Of a stretch of DNA of 64,000 bases, positions 1-21,309 are shown piece by piece. The first letter of the stretch is position 1. The number at the start of each line of letters is the position of its first letter. The stretch lies in the NCBI GenBank assembly GCA_002269645.1, contig NIVC01000376.1:372001-436000 (forward strand), in the 5' to 3' direction. The DNA comes from Macrostomum lignano (Eukaryota). The position numbers and the translations under genes were made by a program. A model generated the notes under the pieces. The model was not told where the DNA came from. It saw nothing but the letters and a program-made list of their open reading frames with translations, and did not search any database.

Positions 1-1662
1 TCAAGATTCCTCAGTAATAAGAATTCATGGCCCTATACACCACTCTGTACATACATTGTACGAGCTACATGCACTTAAAGGTTTCTATACAGTATGTGCA
101 TTGTACGAGTATTTTCAACGCCAATCTTGCGAAGTCAATTTCATATATTGATGTTGATTGATATTGATGTTTTGAAACTGATATGTCTCATCAGTTTCAA
201 AAGCCAAAAAACTGTGGCACAACCATGTAACACATAGTACATGTTGCTGTACATGTGAGGACATATCGCCGCTGTTCTAAGTAAGTATTTTTTAAATGAT
301 GACGTTATCGATCCTAACATCAACTTTAACAGCGGAAAATTCGCAGCTACAATGTACATGCTACATGTTACATGTACCAAAGTTCAATTAAGATAGTTTC
401 GCTGCGTGTTTGCCGATATGGCTGAGATCTGGAAAATTCAAAGGCTTTTCCCTGGATTTTCCATGAATTTTCCATGAATTTTCTTTATCGTATATTCCCT
501 TAATCTCGACGCTTTCAAAGCGCTGAAAACCTACGGGTGATATGGATGCAGCAGTGCGGTAAACTGTTGTGTTTTGGCTTAGCTTACTGCTGCTAGGATC
601 AGGATCAAAATTCGCAAGCGCTCGTGTCAGTTTGCATGGTAGGCAGTGGATGAAGCACCAAGCAATCAAGCCTTTTCGATTGCGTGCAGCAGCATCAATG
701 CAACGGCAGCACTCCCGCCTTGCATGCATGTACATGTAAATGCATGTATACAGTACTAGTTTGCGACTAATTTTTTTATGTCATATAGTTGATAGAGTGA
801 AAAGGCGTCTTGCCTCGTAGAATACAAAAACGTTTTGTAGATTAATGTTTTTGGCTAAATGTCTGCTTGAAATTTTCAAAATATTGGACTACACATTTTG
901 ATGTACATCTAAATATACTAAATCTCTAAGGTTTGTATGCTTGTCCATAACGCTCTAGAGCGAGCAATTCTTGACCAATTTTGATCGCGTTTTCGCCAAA
1001 ATTCAATACTAAATACTGAACTAAATGTACAGGGCCGTAAATTATTCGAAATAGGTTACCTTATATTTTTGTATAAAAATTATCTAAATATCTAATTATC
1101 TAAAATTATCTAAATAATTTTTTAGCTTTTCGATTTCATTTTTTAGTTTTTTTAGCTTAACCGGTAAAATTTATTGTTTTTCGTTGCTTTGTTTTATTTT
1201 GTAATAGTTTATCATAGCAGTGCGCAAGATTTTAAAAAGGAAATATTTTAGAGTTTTGACAGGTGGAAATTATTAATTATATACACAGTCGAGTCGCTCT
1301 CCTCTTATAATATACTTGCAAGAGTGCAAGACATAGAAAGTTTGTCTGTTTATTGCTTGGTACAAGCGAGCGACTTTTATAGTGCTAAGTGTTAATTTAA
1401 TACTTTCCTAACAATAGAAGGGCTTACTTGTGATAGAAGAAAATTTATTCTATACTTTGATTTCATCATCTTTTATGGTTAGGTCTATATCCATATGAGT
1501 TATGTAGGATTTGATCTAGATCTCATAAAAAAATCACTATTAAGCATATCGTATTAGGTTTATATCAAAAAGTTAAAAAAGCAATGTTTATAATTTTGTT
1601 CCTCTTCAAAGACAAAAGACAAAATCAAAGAACGTAAAATACATGAAATGTGAAATTTGGCA

Positions 1663-2235
1663 TAAATTTACTTTCATTTGCAATTTTTTTCTTTTAAAAT
1701 GGTGCCAATAATGCGGAATGACAAATGGGAGTTTTCTATGGCCCATACTAGCTGTGTAGAGTTGTTTGGGGCACAAAAATTTGGCTGAGTTTTATTGAGC
1801 TCATAACGTCAACTAGTAATATAACTGGTGAAAAACATTTTTAAACGGCATTGAGCATTGCAAACGAGCCACCACATAGTCTCGTCAGTACTTGCTGTCA
1901 CTTTTATCAGATCCCTTGAATTCATATTTAGTTCTGTCAGTGCCTGTGCCAGCAGAACTTCTTACTTAACTGCAGGGCTGTCCTGGAGGGACCAGCAGAA
2001 CTTCATTTGGTGGCACAATCCACGATGGTCTTGGGGGCCGTCCAACTATTTGCAAATCAGAAGAGTCTCGAAGTCTCTAAAGTCCAAACTATAGTGAGGG
2101 CTCAATAAAACTCAGCCAAATTTTTGTGCCCCAAACAACTCTACGCGGCTAGTATAGGCCATAGACAACTCCCATTCGTCATTCCGCATCATTGGCACCA
2201 TTTTAAGAAAAAAATCACAAATGAAAGTAAATTTA
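1663..2235. mobile_element. Non-autonomous DNA transposon (MITE-like) with long terminal inverted repeats
   Basis: 1663-1803 (taaatttactttcatttg...ttggctgagttttattgagctca) is the near-exact reverse complement of about 2099-2235, with scattered substitutions. The roughly 295-bp spacer has no convincing ORF. No TSD could be fixed. Confidence 0.7.
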
Positions 2236-3096
2236 CACCTGAAATTTTGCACAAAGTTTAACAATGATTTTGCAAATATATTCTTATGACAATTGACAAC
2301 ATTGCTTCATTTAAAATATTCTATATTGTGTTTTATTTTTCCTTTTTATTCTTTATTTTTTAAATTAAAAACAAATCTTTAAATCTTCAATTTATAATCT
2401 TTACTTGCAATAACACAAAATGTTAGAACTTACAATATATCATGATTTTGTGTATATTGCACATTTTTTACATTAGGATTACAATTTAGGACTGGCACAC
2501 CTGGTGCACTTGTGCATTTTGCACACTTGGCATACCTGGCGCACACCAAAAACTTTTTTGGGGTGGCTTCCGGCGCACACATAGCATGATCCTGACTTTA
2601 GTTATTATAAAATATATTTAGTAGAATGATAGTTTGTGATTTGTATTAAATTTACCTTATTTTTGAAGCACTCAAATTTTATTTAAATTAACTGCTTTAC
2701 CACAGTTTATTTTGTATGTGTTCAACTATTTAGTTTCTAAGAAGCACAAAGAGATTGTACTATAAAGCTGTTATGGCATAAGTTCAATTGTATGTCAAAA
2801 CTTTTACACTGCCAAGATAGGAGCAAGAATGATCTTATCCTACAATGGCTTTATACAATGGGCCTAATATTTTTCAAATCTAGTTTTTAAGAAATACAGG
2901 ATGTTTTGGAACCTAGTTTCTAAGAATTGCATGTGCTGTCTAAATTTATATTTTTTTAAGAAACGATTTGTAGCTGTAATGAGAATGCACATTTTAAAAT
3001 TTCAAAATCGCTACTGTAATGAAAACATCCATTTGACAGTTCAAGGACTCTACAAGGCCTAAAAGTACACTGCACAGTAGTAGCACACTGACTGAG

Positions 3097-6000
3097 ATGC
3101 CCTCATCAGGCAATGGCGGCAGTTCTAGCGGCAGTTTGCATCATCGGAAAAGGAAAAGCCGACGGCACAGCGGTGGCAGCGGCTCTGCTGCCCCCAAGGT
3201 TTGCCCCGTGTGCGAGACCCTCCTCCCAGCTGACAGCCGGCACCGCCAGCCGGAGGACCACATCCTTGACCTGCTCCGCTCTGTGTTCACCCGCGGTGCC
3301 AGCCAATCATTTTACCATCATGCTCTGCAAATTCACTGGGATTCCTTTTTCATGGCCATGCCGGCAGACTTCCCCTTACCCTACTGCCGGCTCTGCTGCA
3401 TGCACTTACCCGGCTTTGTGCCGTTCGCGCACCACCTGTGCCATCGAGCCAGCCTGATTGTGGACACCAAAACTGACCGACTGCACACTGAACTGCTGGG
3501 CCATTTTGTAGTGTTTCTAGCCGGAGTTGGCAACCCAGCGCTGGAACTGCGCCTGCAGGCTGAGAGAGCCGGCGAGTTCCTGTGCCGCCGCTGCCAGCCG
3601 GGCATCGAGAAGCTGCAACTGAAATCTGCCGCAGCCAAGGCGGCTGCCGCTGCCAACCGGTCTGCCGCTACCGCCGCCACCGCGGTGACCTCTTCGTCTG
3701 ATTTTGCTGTCAAGCTGGAGCCCACCGGCACCCCGTCCGTGCTGCTGCCGCCACCTGCTCAGCCTGAGCAGCAGCAGCAGGAGCAGCAGCAGGAGCAACA
3801 GCAGCACTCTTCTTATCAGTGAGTTCTGTACTTCCGTAATTTCCGGTTTCTATTAAAATAGCAAGATACAACGGAGTCTTTTTTTAAAGAATTTAATAAT
3901 ATTTTGGAATCTCTTCAATAATTGCATATTATATTTTAATATGGTTTCTAAAAATTGGGTGAAACTTCTATAATCTAGTTTCTATAAAATAGATGACTTT
4001 TTGAAATCTAGTTTCAGCGTATTAGGTAAACTTTGAGATGTATTTTCTAATCACGTAGGGGTTACTTCTGCCTTCTGGAATAATTCTACAGCTGACACCA
4101 AGCTTTCGCAGGGATTTTTCCTGTATTATGGGAAATCCCACCCGGTTAGCCACTAAGCCTAACAAGTGTACAAGCTGTGATTCCTTCTCTCTGAAATCTC
4201 TCTCAAAGAACTGCGACAACGGAAACGAATTATTTGATCTGGCTCTCAGTTGGCTCCTATTTATAGTAAAAATTTTCCTAACTATTTTAAACAAAACAAG
4301 ATATACAAAATATTTCAAAATATTATTCGTACGGTATAACAAAAATAGAGCTTTGCAATTATAGGTTTCTAAGAAAGTTTGCCTACTAAAAGCCAAGAAA
4401 CTATTACAAACTATTACTATTACAAAAGCTATTACACTAAGAAAAGCAATGCGTTTTAGAGTCTATTTCCTAAAAAAATTGTTAAATGCTTATAGTATAG
4501 TTTCTTAGAAATGCAAGATTTTTTGAAATCTACACGTAGTTTCTAAGAATCGCGTAAGCTGTTTGGAATCTAGTTTCTAAGAATCGCGCAAGCTGTTTGG
4601 AATCTAGTTTCTAAGAATCGCGTTAGCAGTTTGTAATCTAGTTTCTAAGAATCGCGTTAGCTGTTTGTAATCTAGTTTCTAAGAAAAAAAGAATATTTTT
4701 TGCAATCTCACCTAAGAATCGAGTTATTGCGATTTATTGTTTCTAAGAAACTAATAATTCGAGAAGACCTCAAAGTTCAAAACTATTTGAAACTGTACAC
4801 GTATCTCCGCCAGAACCCCAGCTGGATCGGCGACAGCGGTTGGTTTTGCCGACATCAAGATGCCGTCGATGCCGGCGCGGCAGCGACTGCTGTTCAGAAA
4901 TCGCTCCAGCATGTTGATGTGCGGCGTCTGCCAGACTGGCATCGACAACTTGGCCGCTCACCTGCTGACGGTGCTGCGCAGCCTGAAGCCGCCTGCCGAT
5001 CAGCGAAGCCGCAACCGGGTGGTCAGCGGCACCACCCGCTCCGCCCTGGCTGAGTACCGCAGGTCGCACGTGTCCCAACTCATTGGCGATTGCGTCTCAA
5101 CTCGTATCGAACGGTACAACATCATGCGCACAGTGTTTATGTGCCCCGCCTGCCAGCTGCACTTCCATTCGCCCAGCTCGTTCTACACCTACTTCTTTAA
5201 TCACCTGGCCAGGAATTACAGGTGAGACTAATTTGGGAGGTCTTGAAGCTTAAATTTGCTTATTCTCTGCTCCCCTCCTCTGCTTAGATGCTCAAATCTG
5301 CGTCTCAGATGTTTGAATGCTTGAATCTACCTCTCAGATGTTTGAATCTTTCTCTCAGATGCTTGAATCTACCTCTCAGATGTTTGAATCTACCTCTCAG
5401 ATGTTTGAATCTGCCTTTCAGATGCTTAAATCTACCTCTCAGATGTTTGAATCTACCTCTCAGATGTTTGAATCTGCCTCTCAGATGTTTGAATCTTTCT
5501 CTCAGATGCTTGAATCTACCTCTCAGATGTTTGAATCTGCCTCTCAGATGTTTGAATCTACCTCTCAGATGCTTGAATCTGCCTCTCAGATGCTTGAATC
5601 TGCCTCTCAGATGCTTGAATCTACCTCTCAGATGCTTGAATCTGCCTCTCAGATGCTTGAATCTGCCTCTCATATGCTTGAATCTGCCTCTCAGATGTTT
5701 GAATCTGCCTCTCAGATGCTTGAATCTGCCTCTCAGATGCTTGAATCTGCCTCTCAGATGCTTGAATCTACCTCTCAGATGCTTGAATCTGCCTCTCAGA
5801 TGCTTGAATCTACCTCTCAGATGCTTGAATCTACCTCTCAGATGCTTGAATCTACCTCTCAGATGCTTGAATCTACCTCTCAGATGCTTGAATCTACCTC
5901 TCAGATGTTTGAATCTTCCTCTCAGATGCTTGAATCTGCCTCTCAGATGCTTGAATCTGCCTCTCAGATGCTTGAATCTTCCTCTCAGATGCTTGAATCT

Positions 6001-8516
6001 GCCTCTCAGATGCTTGAATCTGCCTCTCAGATGCTTGAATCTGCCTCTCAGATGTTTGAATCTTCCTCTCAGATGCTTGAATCTGCCTCTCAGATGCTTG
6101 AATCTGCCTCTCAGATGCTTGAATCTTCCTCTCAGATGCTTGAATCTGCCTCTCAGATGCTTGAATCTGCCTCTCAGATGCTTGAATCTGCCTCTCAGAT
6201 GCTTGAATCTGCCTCAGATGTTTGAATCTTCCTCTCAGATGCTTGAATCTGCCTCTCAGATGCTTGAATCTGCCTCTCAGATGCTTGAATCTGCCTCAGA
6301 TGTTTGAATCTGCCTCTCATATGCTTGAATCTGCCAATCAGATGCTTGAATCTGCCTCAGATGTTTGACTCTGCCTCTCATATGCTTGAATCTGCCTCTC
6401 AGATGCTTGAATCTACCTCTCAGATGCTTGAATCTGCCTCTCAGATGCTTGAATCTGCCTCAGATGTTTGAATCTGCCTCTCAGATGTTTGAATCTGCCT
6501 CTCAGATGCTTGAATCTTCCTCTCTGCTCCACCTATTAGCCAGTCCATCCGCGTCCCCCCTGGCCCCCATAGGGAGGACCAGCCCGAACAGGCCCACACA
6601 ATCTTGATGCACCGAATTGTCGCGTTGCTCATCGACTACGTCGCCGATCGGGTGAGCATCGACGAGGTCGAGCAATTTTTTTTCGGCGGCAGCAACAAAA
6701 CCGGTGACTGCGGCTTCTTCTGCGACGCCGGCGGCCTGGAGCTCCGGCACGTTCGCAACGGCACCGGCATCTGCGTCGGGCAGCAGCGGATCACCGACTT
6801 CGCCGTCGACTGGATCGCTCCGGCCGGATTTTCCACAGATGGTCTGACGGCCGCCGCCTCCGTCTGGCGCTCGAGATCTTCGTCCGCCACCTCCCTCGTC
6901 GTGCCCGACTCGCCGACGGCCACCGACGCGACGATCATAGTGCCGAATAATGCCGACGTCGTCTGCCAGTACTGCGGCGCCGGATTCAGCGGCCGACATC
7001 ACCTGTCGGCGCTGCACAATCACCTGCTGCGCGCCCTGTTCCTTGGCTCCTGCGAGGAGGAGGCCGGTGACCTGCCAGGTGCTGCAGAGACTTCCCAGCG
7101 GCGGCATCGACTGTGCTGGTCGGCTTTCGCGCCTGCGGCACGGCCCGCCAGGTATGTTGGCTTTTTATTGATACCTGTGTCTACTGCCCCAGACTGTACA
7201 CTCCCTCAATCGATATCTGTTTCCCTTACCCCAGACTGTACACTCCCTCAATCGATATCTGTTTCCCTTACCCCAGACTGTACACTCCCTCAATCGATAT
7301 CTGTTTCCCTTACCCCAGACTGTACACTCCCTCAATCGATATCTGTTTCCCTTACCCCAGAGTGTACACTCCCTCGATCGATATCTGTTTCCCTTACCCC
7401 AGAGTGTACACTCCCTCGGTTGATAGCTGGTTCCCTTACCCCAGAGTGTACACTCCCTCGATCGATATCTGGTTCAATTACCCCAGAGTGTACACTCCCT
7501 CGATCGATATCTGTTTCCCTTACCCCAGAGTGTACACTCCCTCAATCGATATCTGGTTCCCTTACCCCAGAGTGTACACTCCCTCGATCGATATCTGTTT
7601 CCCTTACCCCAGAGTGTACACTCCCTCGATCGATATCTGTTTCCCTTACCCCAGAGTGTACACTCCCTCGGTTGATAGCTGGTTCCCTTACCCCAGAGTG
7701 TACACTCCCTCGATCGATATCTGGTTCAATTACCCCAGAGTGTACACTCCCTCGATCGATATCTGTTTCCCTTACCCCAGAGTGTACACTCCCTCAATCG
7801 ATATCTGGTTCCCTTACCCCAGAGTGTACACTCCCTCGATCGATATCTGTTTCCCTTACCCCAGAGTGTACACTCCCTCAATCGATATCTGGTTCAATTA
7901 CCCCAGAGTGTACACTTCCTCGATCGATATCTGTTTCCCTTACCCCAGAGTGTACACTCCCTCGATCGATATCTGGTTCAATTACCCCAGAGTGTACACT
8001 TCCTCGATCGATATCTGTTTCCCTTACCCCAGAGTGTACACTCCGTCGATCGATATCTGTTTCCCTTACCCCAGAGTGTACACTCCGTCGATCGATATCT
8101 GTTTCCCTTACCCCAGAGTGTACACTCCGTCGATCGATATCTGTTTCCCTTACCCCAGAGTGTACACTCCGTCGATCGATATCTGTTTCCCTTACCCCAG
8201 AGTGTACATCCTAGAATACATTCGATCTCTAACCCCTCTCAGATGCACCGCCTGCGGCAAAATCTGTGGCAGCCTTGAGCTTCTAGCTGAACATATTGGC
8301 GACAAAATCCTGTCGACCGGGTCGGCTTCTCACCACGCGGTGGCTGAGGACATCGCCGAGATGCTTATGGACGTGGCCACCGGCCGTGCTGCTCACGAGC
8401 GGGCATGCGGCTACATGGAGAATTTCCTGCTGCTCAACGACAAATCCGTCGACGGCTGCGACGACGACGACGAATTTCCGGCTTCCGCTTCGGCGATTTC
8501 CACGAAACCTGTGTGA
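3097..8516 (+). CDS. 4-exon gene, about 671 aa, with repeated atypical CxxC...H zinc-finger-like motifs; function unknown
   Basis: Exons 3097-3818, 4814-5221, 6540-7151, 8243-8516 total 2016 nt (672 codons). All three introns are GT-AG and phase 2, and the joined frame stays open (…SYQ|TPAG…, …NYS|QSIR…, …PAR|CTAC…). Motifs include CPVC..HI, CRLC..HH, CGVC..HL, CPAC..HL, CQYC..HL and CTAC..HI. Confidence 0.8.
4525..4690. repeat. 34-bp tandem repeat, about 5 copies (ctagtttctaagaatcgcgtaagctgtttggaat)
   Basis: Visible periodicity in intron 1 of the + strand gene. Shares the tttctaagaatcg core with the 19590-20260 array. Confidence 0.85.
5288..6520. repeat. 21-bp minisatellite, about 58 copies (gcttgaatctgcctctcagat)
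   Basis: Fills intron 2 of the + strand gene. It is the source of the spurious (RCLNLPL)n and (MLESASQ)n ORFs. Confidence 0.97.
7193..8200. repeat. 42-bp minisatellite, 24 full units (agtgtacactccctcgatcgatatctgtttcccttaccccag)
   Basis: CAG ends recur at 7192, 7234 ... 8200 with period 42. Fills intron 3 of the + strand gene. Confidence 0.97.
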
Positions 8517-8979
8517 AAAAGTTCAAAAACAAAATCCGAAAAATTGCTTTGACATCTTTTTTGTCATGAACCGCTGATATTTACTGATGCCAACACTTCC
8601 AATTTATGAAACTGGCGAGTTAGCAATAAATTTTTGTCTGTTTCTAAGAAATCTACGGCGAATTCTTATTTCCGCTAATTATTTTATAGCTAATATTTTA
8701 TGCGAGGATAATTATCATGCATGATTATCGCCGTAAATGGATGGAAATTACGGGCTTTAGATGGGCTACCGCTACTCAGAAAATTTGCGTGTAAGCTACT
8801 TTGAGTTCAGTAGTTAGTTAAACGAAAGCATTTTAATGTATTTTAAGACAAAACTCGTTTATAAACTCTTTATTCCACATAAATCCTCTACCCACGCCCC
8901 GCCGCCCAACTTTTATTGCCTTCCTCGGTGTACCAACCTTCAATGGCGCTGGCTAATGTACATTAATTAGCTGGATCAA

Positions 8980-9015
8980 CTAGCAATCTAGTGCGGCCCC
9001 CCTTTCGGGGCGCCC
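8980..9015 (-). mobile_element. Probable Helitron 3' terminus
   Basis: Minus strand reads GGCGCCCC-GAAA-GGGGGGCC (GC hairpin with GNRA loop), about 11 nt of spacer, then CTAG followed by T. This is the established Helitron 3' signature. The 5' end was not located. Confidence 0.45.
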
Positions 9016-11302
9016 AATAAGCAAGGAGCATTAAGCACCAATTCCTTCGTCTTCACTTTTAAAATCACCTTATTCATGTAAAATTGTCACGGACAATGAT
9101 ATTTGCTATGAATCTCTTTTTTTCTAAAATCAACAAACAGACAACAAAATATAGCTTTCACAGAGATAACAGACATTCCCGCTAAATAGAAAATATTCCC
9201 AAGACAGCAAGCATCCCCCAGATATTGTTAAAGCATACACCTAGATAGCTAGCGATGATTGTATTGCCAAAAATAATTGGGAAATTAGTTTAATTCGATC
9301 ATAGCTGCAGATCTTTTGAAGAAAATGAAACTCAAGAATATCTACATTGACGATATTGAATTTTCTAAGTGTTGCGTCATTAGTGGCTTTTACAGTTTGC
9401 AGGTAGAAAAAATTTTTGTTTTGATGTGTAATTTTTTTTCAAATCTGGTTATTGTCTTACTATTGGCTCATTATACTGATTTGCGGCGACAGTTTTGGTG
9501 CTTAGTTCTATTTTAATCAAATCTTCCTTTTGAAGTCTTCGTTGGTTTTGTTTGTAAGGCAAATTTTTTTTAGAAATTTTGTAAATTTAAAATCTATTGG
9601 TACTACTCGAATTATATTTATTTACATGTACATGTAAGTAGTGCTTGGCAAATTGAAAGAAAATTTTTACTTGTCAAACAATTTTTGTGTTAATTTCCGA
9701 TTTATCTGACTTTACACCTGTAGTTTTCGCTTGTTGTTTTAAATACGTAATTTTTACTATTTTTTGTTTAAATGCACTACAAACGATATTAAAGAGTTAA
9801 TTGCTTTATTAAATTTCATAAACCCGACGACGAAAATTTTAGACTTGGCAAAAAACATTTTTTAAAGAATTTTTAAGACCAATAATTTTACTTTTAAGAG
9901 AGTGAAAAGTTTGTGGTTTATTTATTTCTTGGACAAATATCTGAGGGGAGCGGCTGCACTTTGCAGGTTCAATTTTAAACACTTATTTCAGGTTTTTCAT
10001 TTGTTCTCGGTAATTCATTTGGTCGCTTGATGGCAACTGCGACTTTATACCTTTAGCATGAAAAGTTTTATGAATTATAAAAAAAATTGGTGTGGATATG
10101 GGATTAGTAGCATGCATTAGTAGTATTGATTATGCAGTGACAATATAAGTAAATTTACGAAGCACAATTAATGAAAAGCGGAATAAATAATATTATGAAA
10201 ATTAAACATTAAAAAGCGACTTATCTGAAATAAATATTAGTTGGAAAAATTGATCGCTATAAATTTCAATTGAAGCGAACGAATTAAAATGATAAAAACA
10301 GCAAATTCTTGTAGTAGTAATAAAGCAAATTTAATTGAAAATTGAAAATTGAAATAAAATTGTACCAACTAGTGCTGGCTACTACTAGTAAATCCTAAGC
10401 ATAGAAATTCTTGGCAATATGGTATTTTATGCAGAAATATTGAAAAATAAATTACTTTAAGTTCATGCAATACTAGTTATTAGTGAATTTGGCAAAGTAA
10501 CAATAAGTAGTAATAATAGTATGTAGTGAGCGCATTTAATCATTGATTAAATATAAAATTATTGTAGCATCAATCAATAAATTTTTTATGCAATTTCGTC
10601 CGATTCAAAAGGCACATTTTTAAATTAATTTTTCGCACATTTTAATAATTTTTAGCGTAAAATGGATTGGAAAGAATCACATTTTGACAAGGAGGTAAAA
10701 GGTATTGCAGCGTCCCTCGAACAGAAATTTAGCGAATGTGTTTTAGCGCATTTAGGTCGTGGGAATAAATAAAAAATAACACAAAAGTTGCTTGTGGACA
10801 TAAAAGAAATAAACGCGGCGTGCTGCTCCACAGACTCGTTCATAAATATAGGAAAATAACTTCAATGCAGACTTCTGTGCAAGCGAGTGGGCGGCGTACG
10901 GTACCCGCGTCTTTGTTTTAACAAGATAGCTATTCAACTACAATTATAAGCACAAAGACTTGCCATTGTACATCCGGGATGTCGTGGTTTATCAAAATGT
11001 TCAACGAAAAAAAAGAATTGTTCACTTCACGAAAAAGTCGAACTAAATATTTTAAAAATAGGAAAGTTCATAACACGAAAAAGAAAAACAATAGATAAGA
11101 TTAACAAAAAGTATAACAAAATGAACACACCGATGCATCGGTCCGCTTAATGCAGCGACACTTGAACAGAAAAAGAGCAAGAAATTAGCGAAATAAAAAC
11201 CGACTTCATCAAGTTTTAAATAAGAACGAAGCGACGGCAAAATAAAAAAGTAAAAATTAAGCGAAACACGGCCGACTTTTTTCACACCTCGAATTGTCGA
11301 CA

Positions 11303-20936
<9,634 letters not shown>

Positions 20937-20959
20937 GCGGGCTGCAGTTGTTGGTGGCC

Positions 20960-21250
20960 GCTATGGCTGATACACAAATGCAATAATTAACTGTGTGCGC
21001 CCAGTTCACGAGCGGACTGGAAATTTTTATAACTAAAATCTGCCCTCCGAACCCCCCCCCCCAAATAGACTGAGTGGGGCTGGCCTTATCTGTCCTCCGC
21101 GCGCGAATTCATTGGCTTTTGGCTTTGTGAACTGCACGCAGGCGTAGGGGGGGGGGGTTGGGCGCATGGGTTAGCTAACTTTAAGGGGGCTGCCTAGTTA
21201 ACCAGCAATCTGCAGATTAGGATAGTTCGGCTTCTTGCATGGTCGCTTTT
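20960..21250 (-). promoter_or_regulatory. Probable 5' region/promoter of the RRM gene
   Basis: GC-rich with C and G homopolymers and an ATTGG (CCAAT) at about 21110. An acceptor-like TGTGTATCAG lies about 30 nt upstream of the ATG. Confidence 0.35.
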
Positions 21251-21309
21251 TCATTAGCTCCCGTGATTCTACATCTTGACTTTTAGAATGTGTACATGTA
21301 AAAAATTGA

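Noticed and set aside
1-800. Short ORFs and a FARLALKIL peptide suggestive of a hAT transposase remnant
   Set aside because: Fragmentary; no catalytic or dimerisation motif continuity and no TIRs identified.
5288-6307. Long ORFs (RCLNLPL)n and (MLESASQ)n
   Set aside because: Products of a 21-bp stop-free repeat inside a well-supported intron; open in several frames at once.
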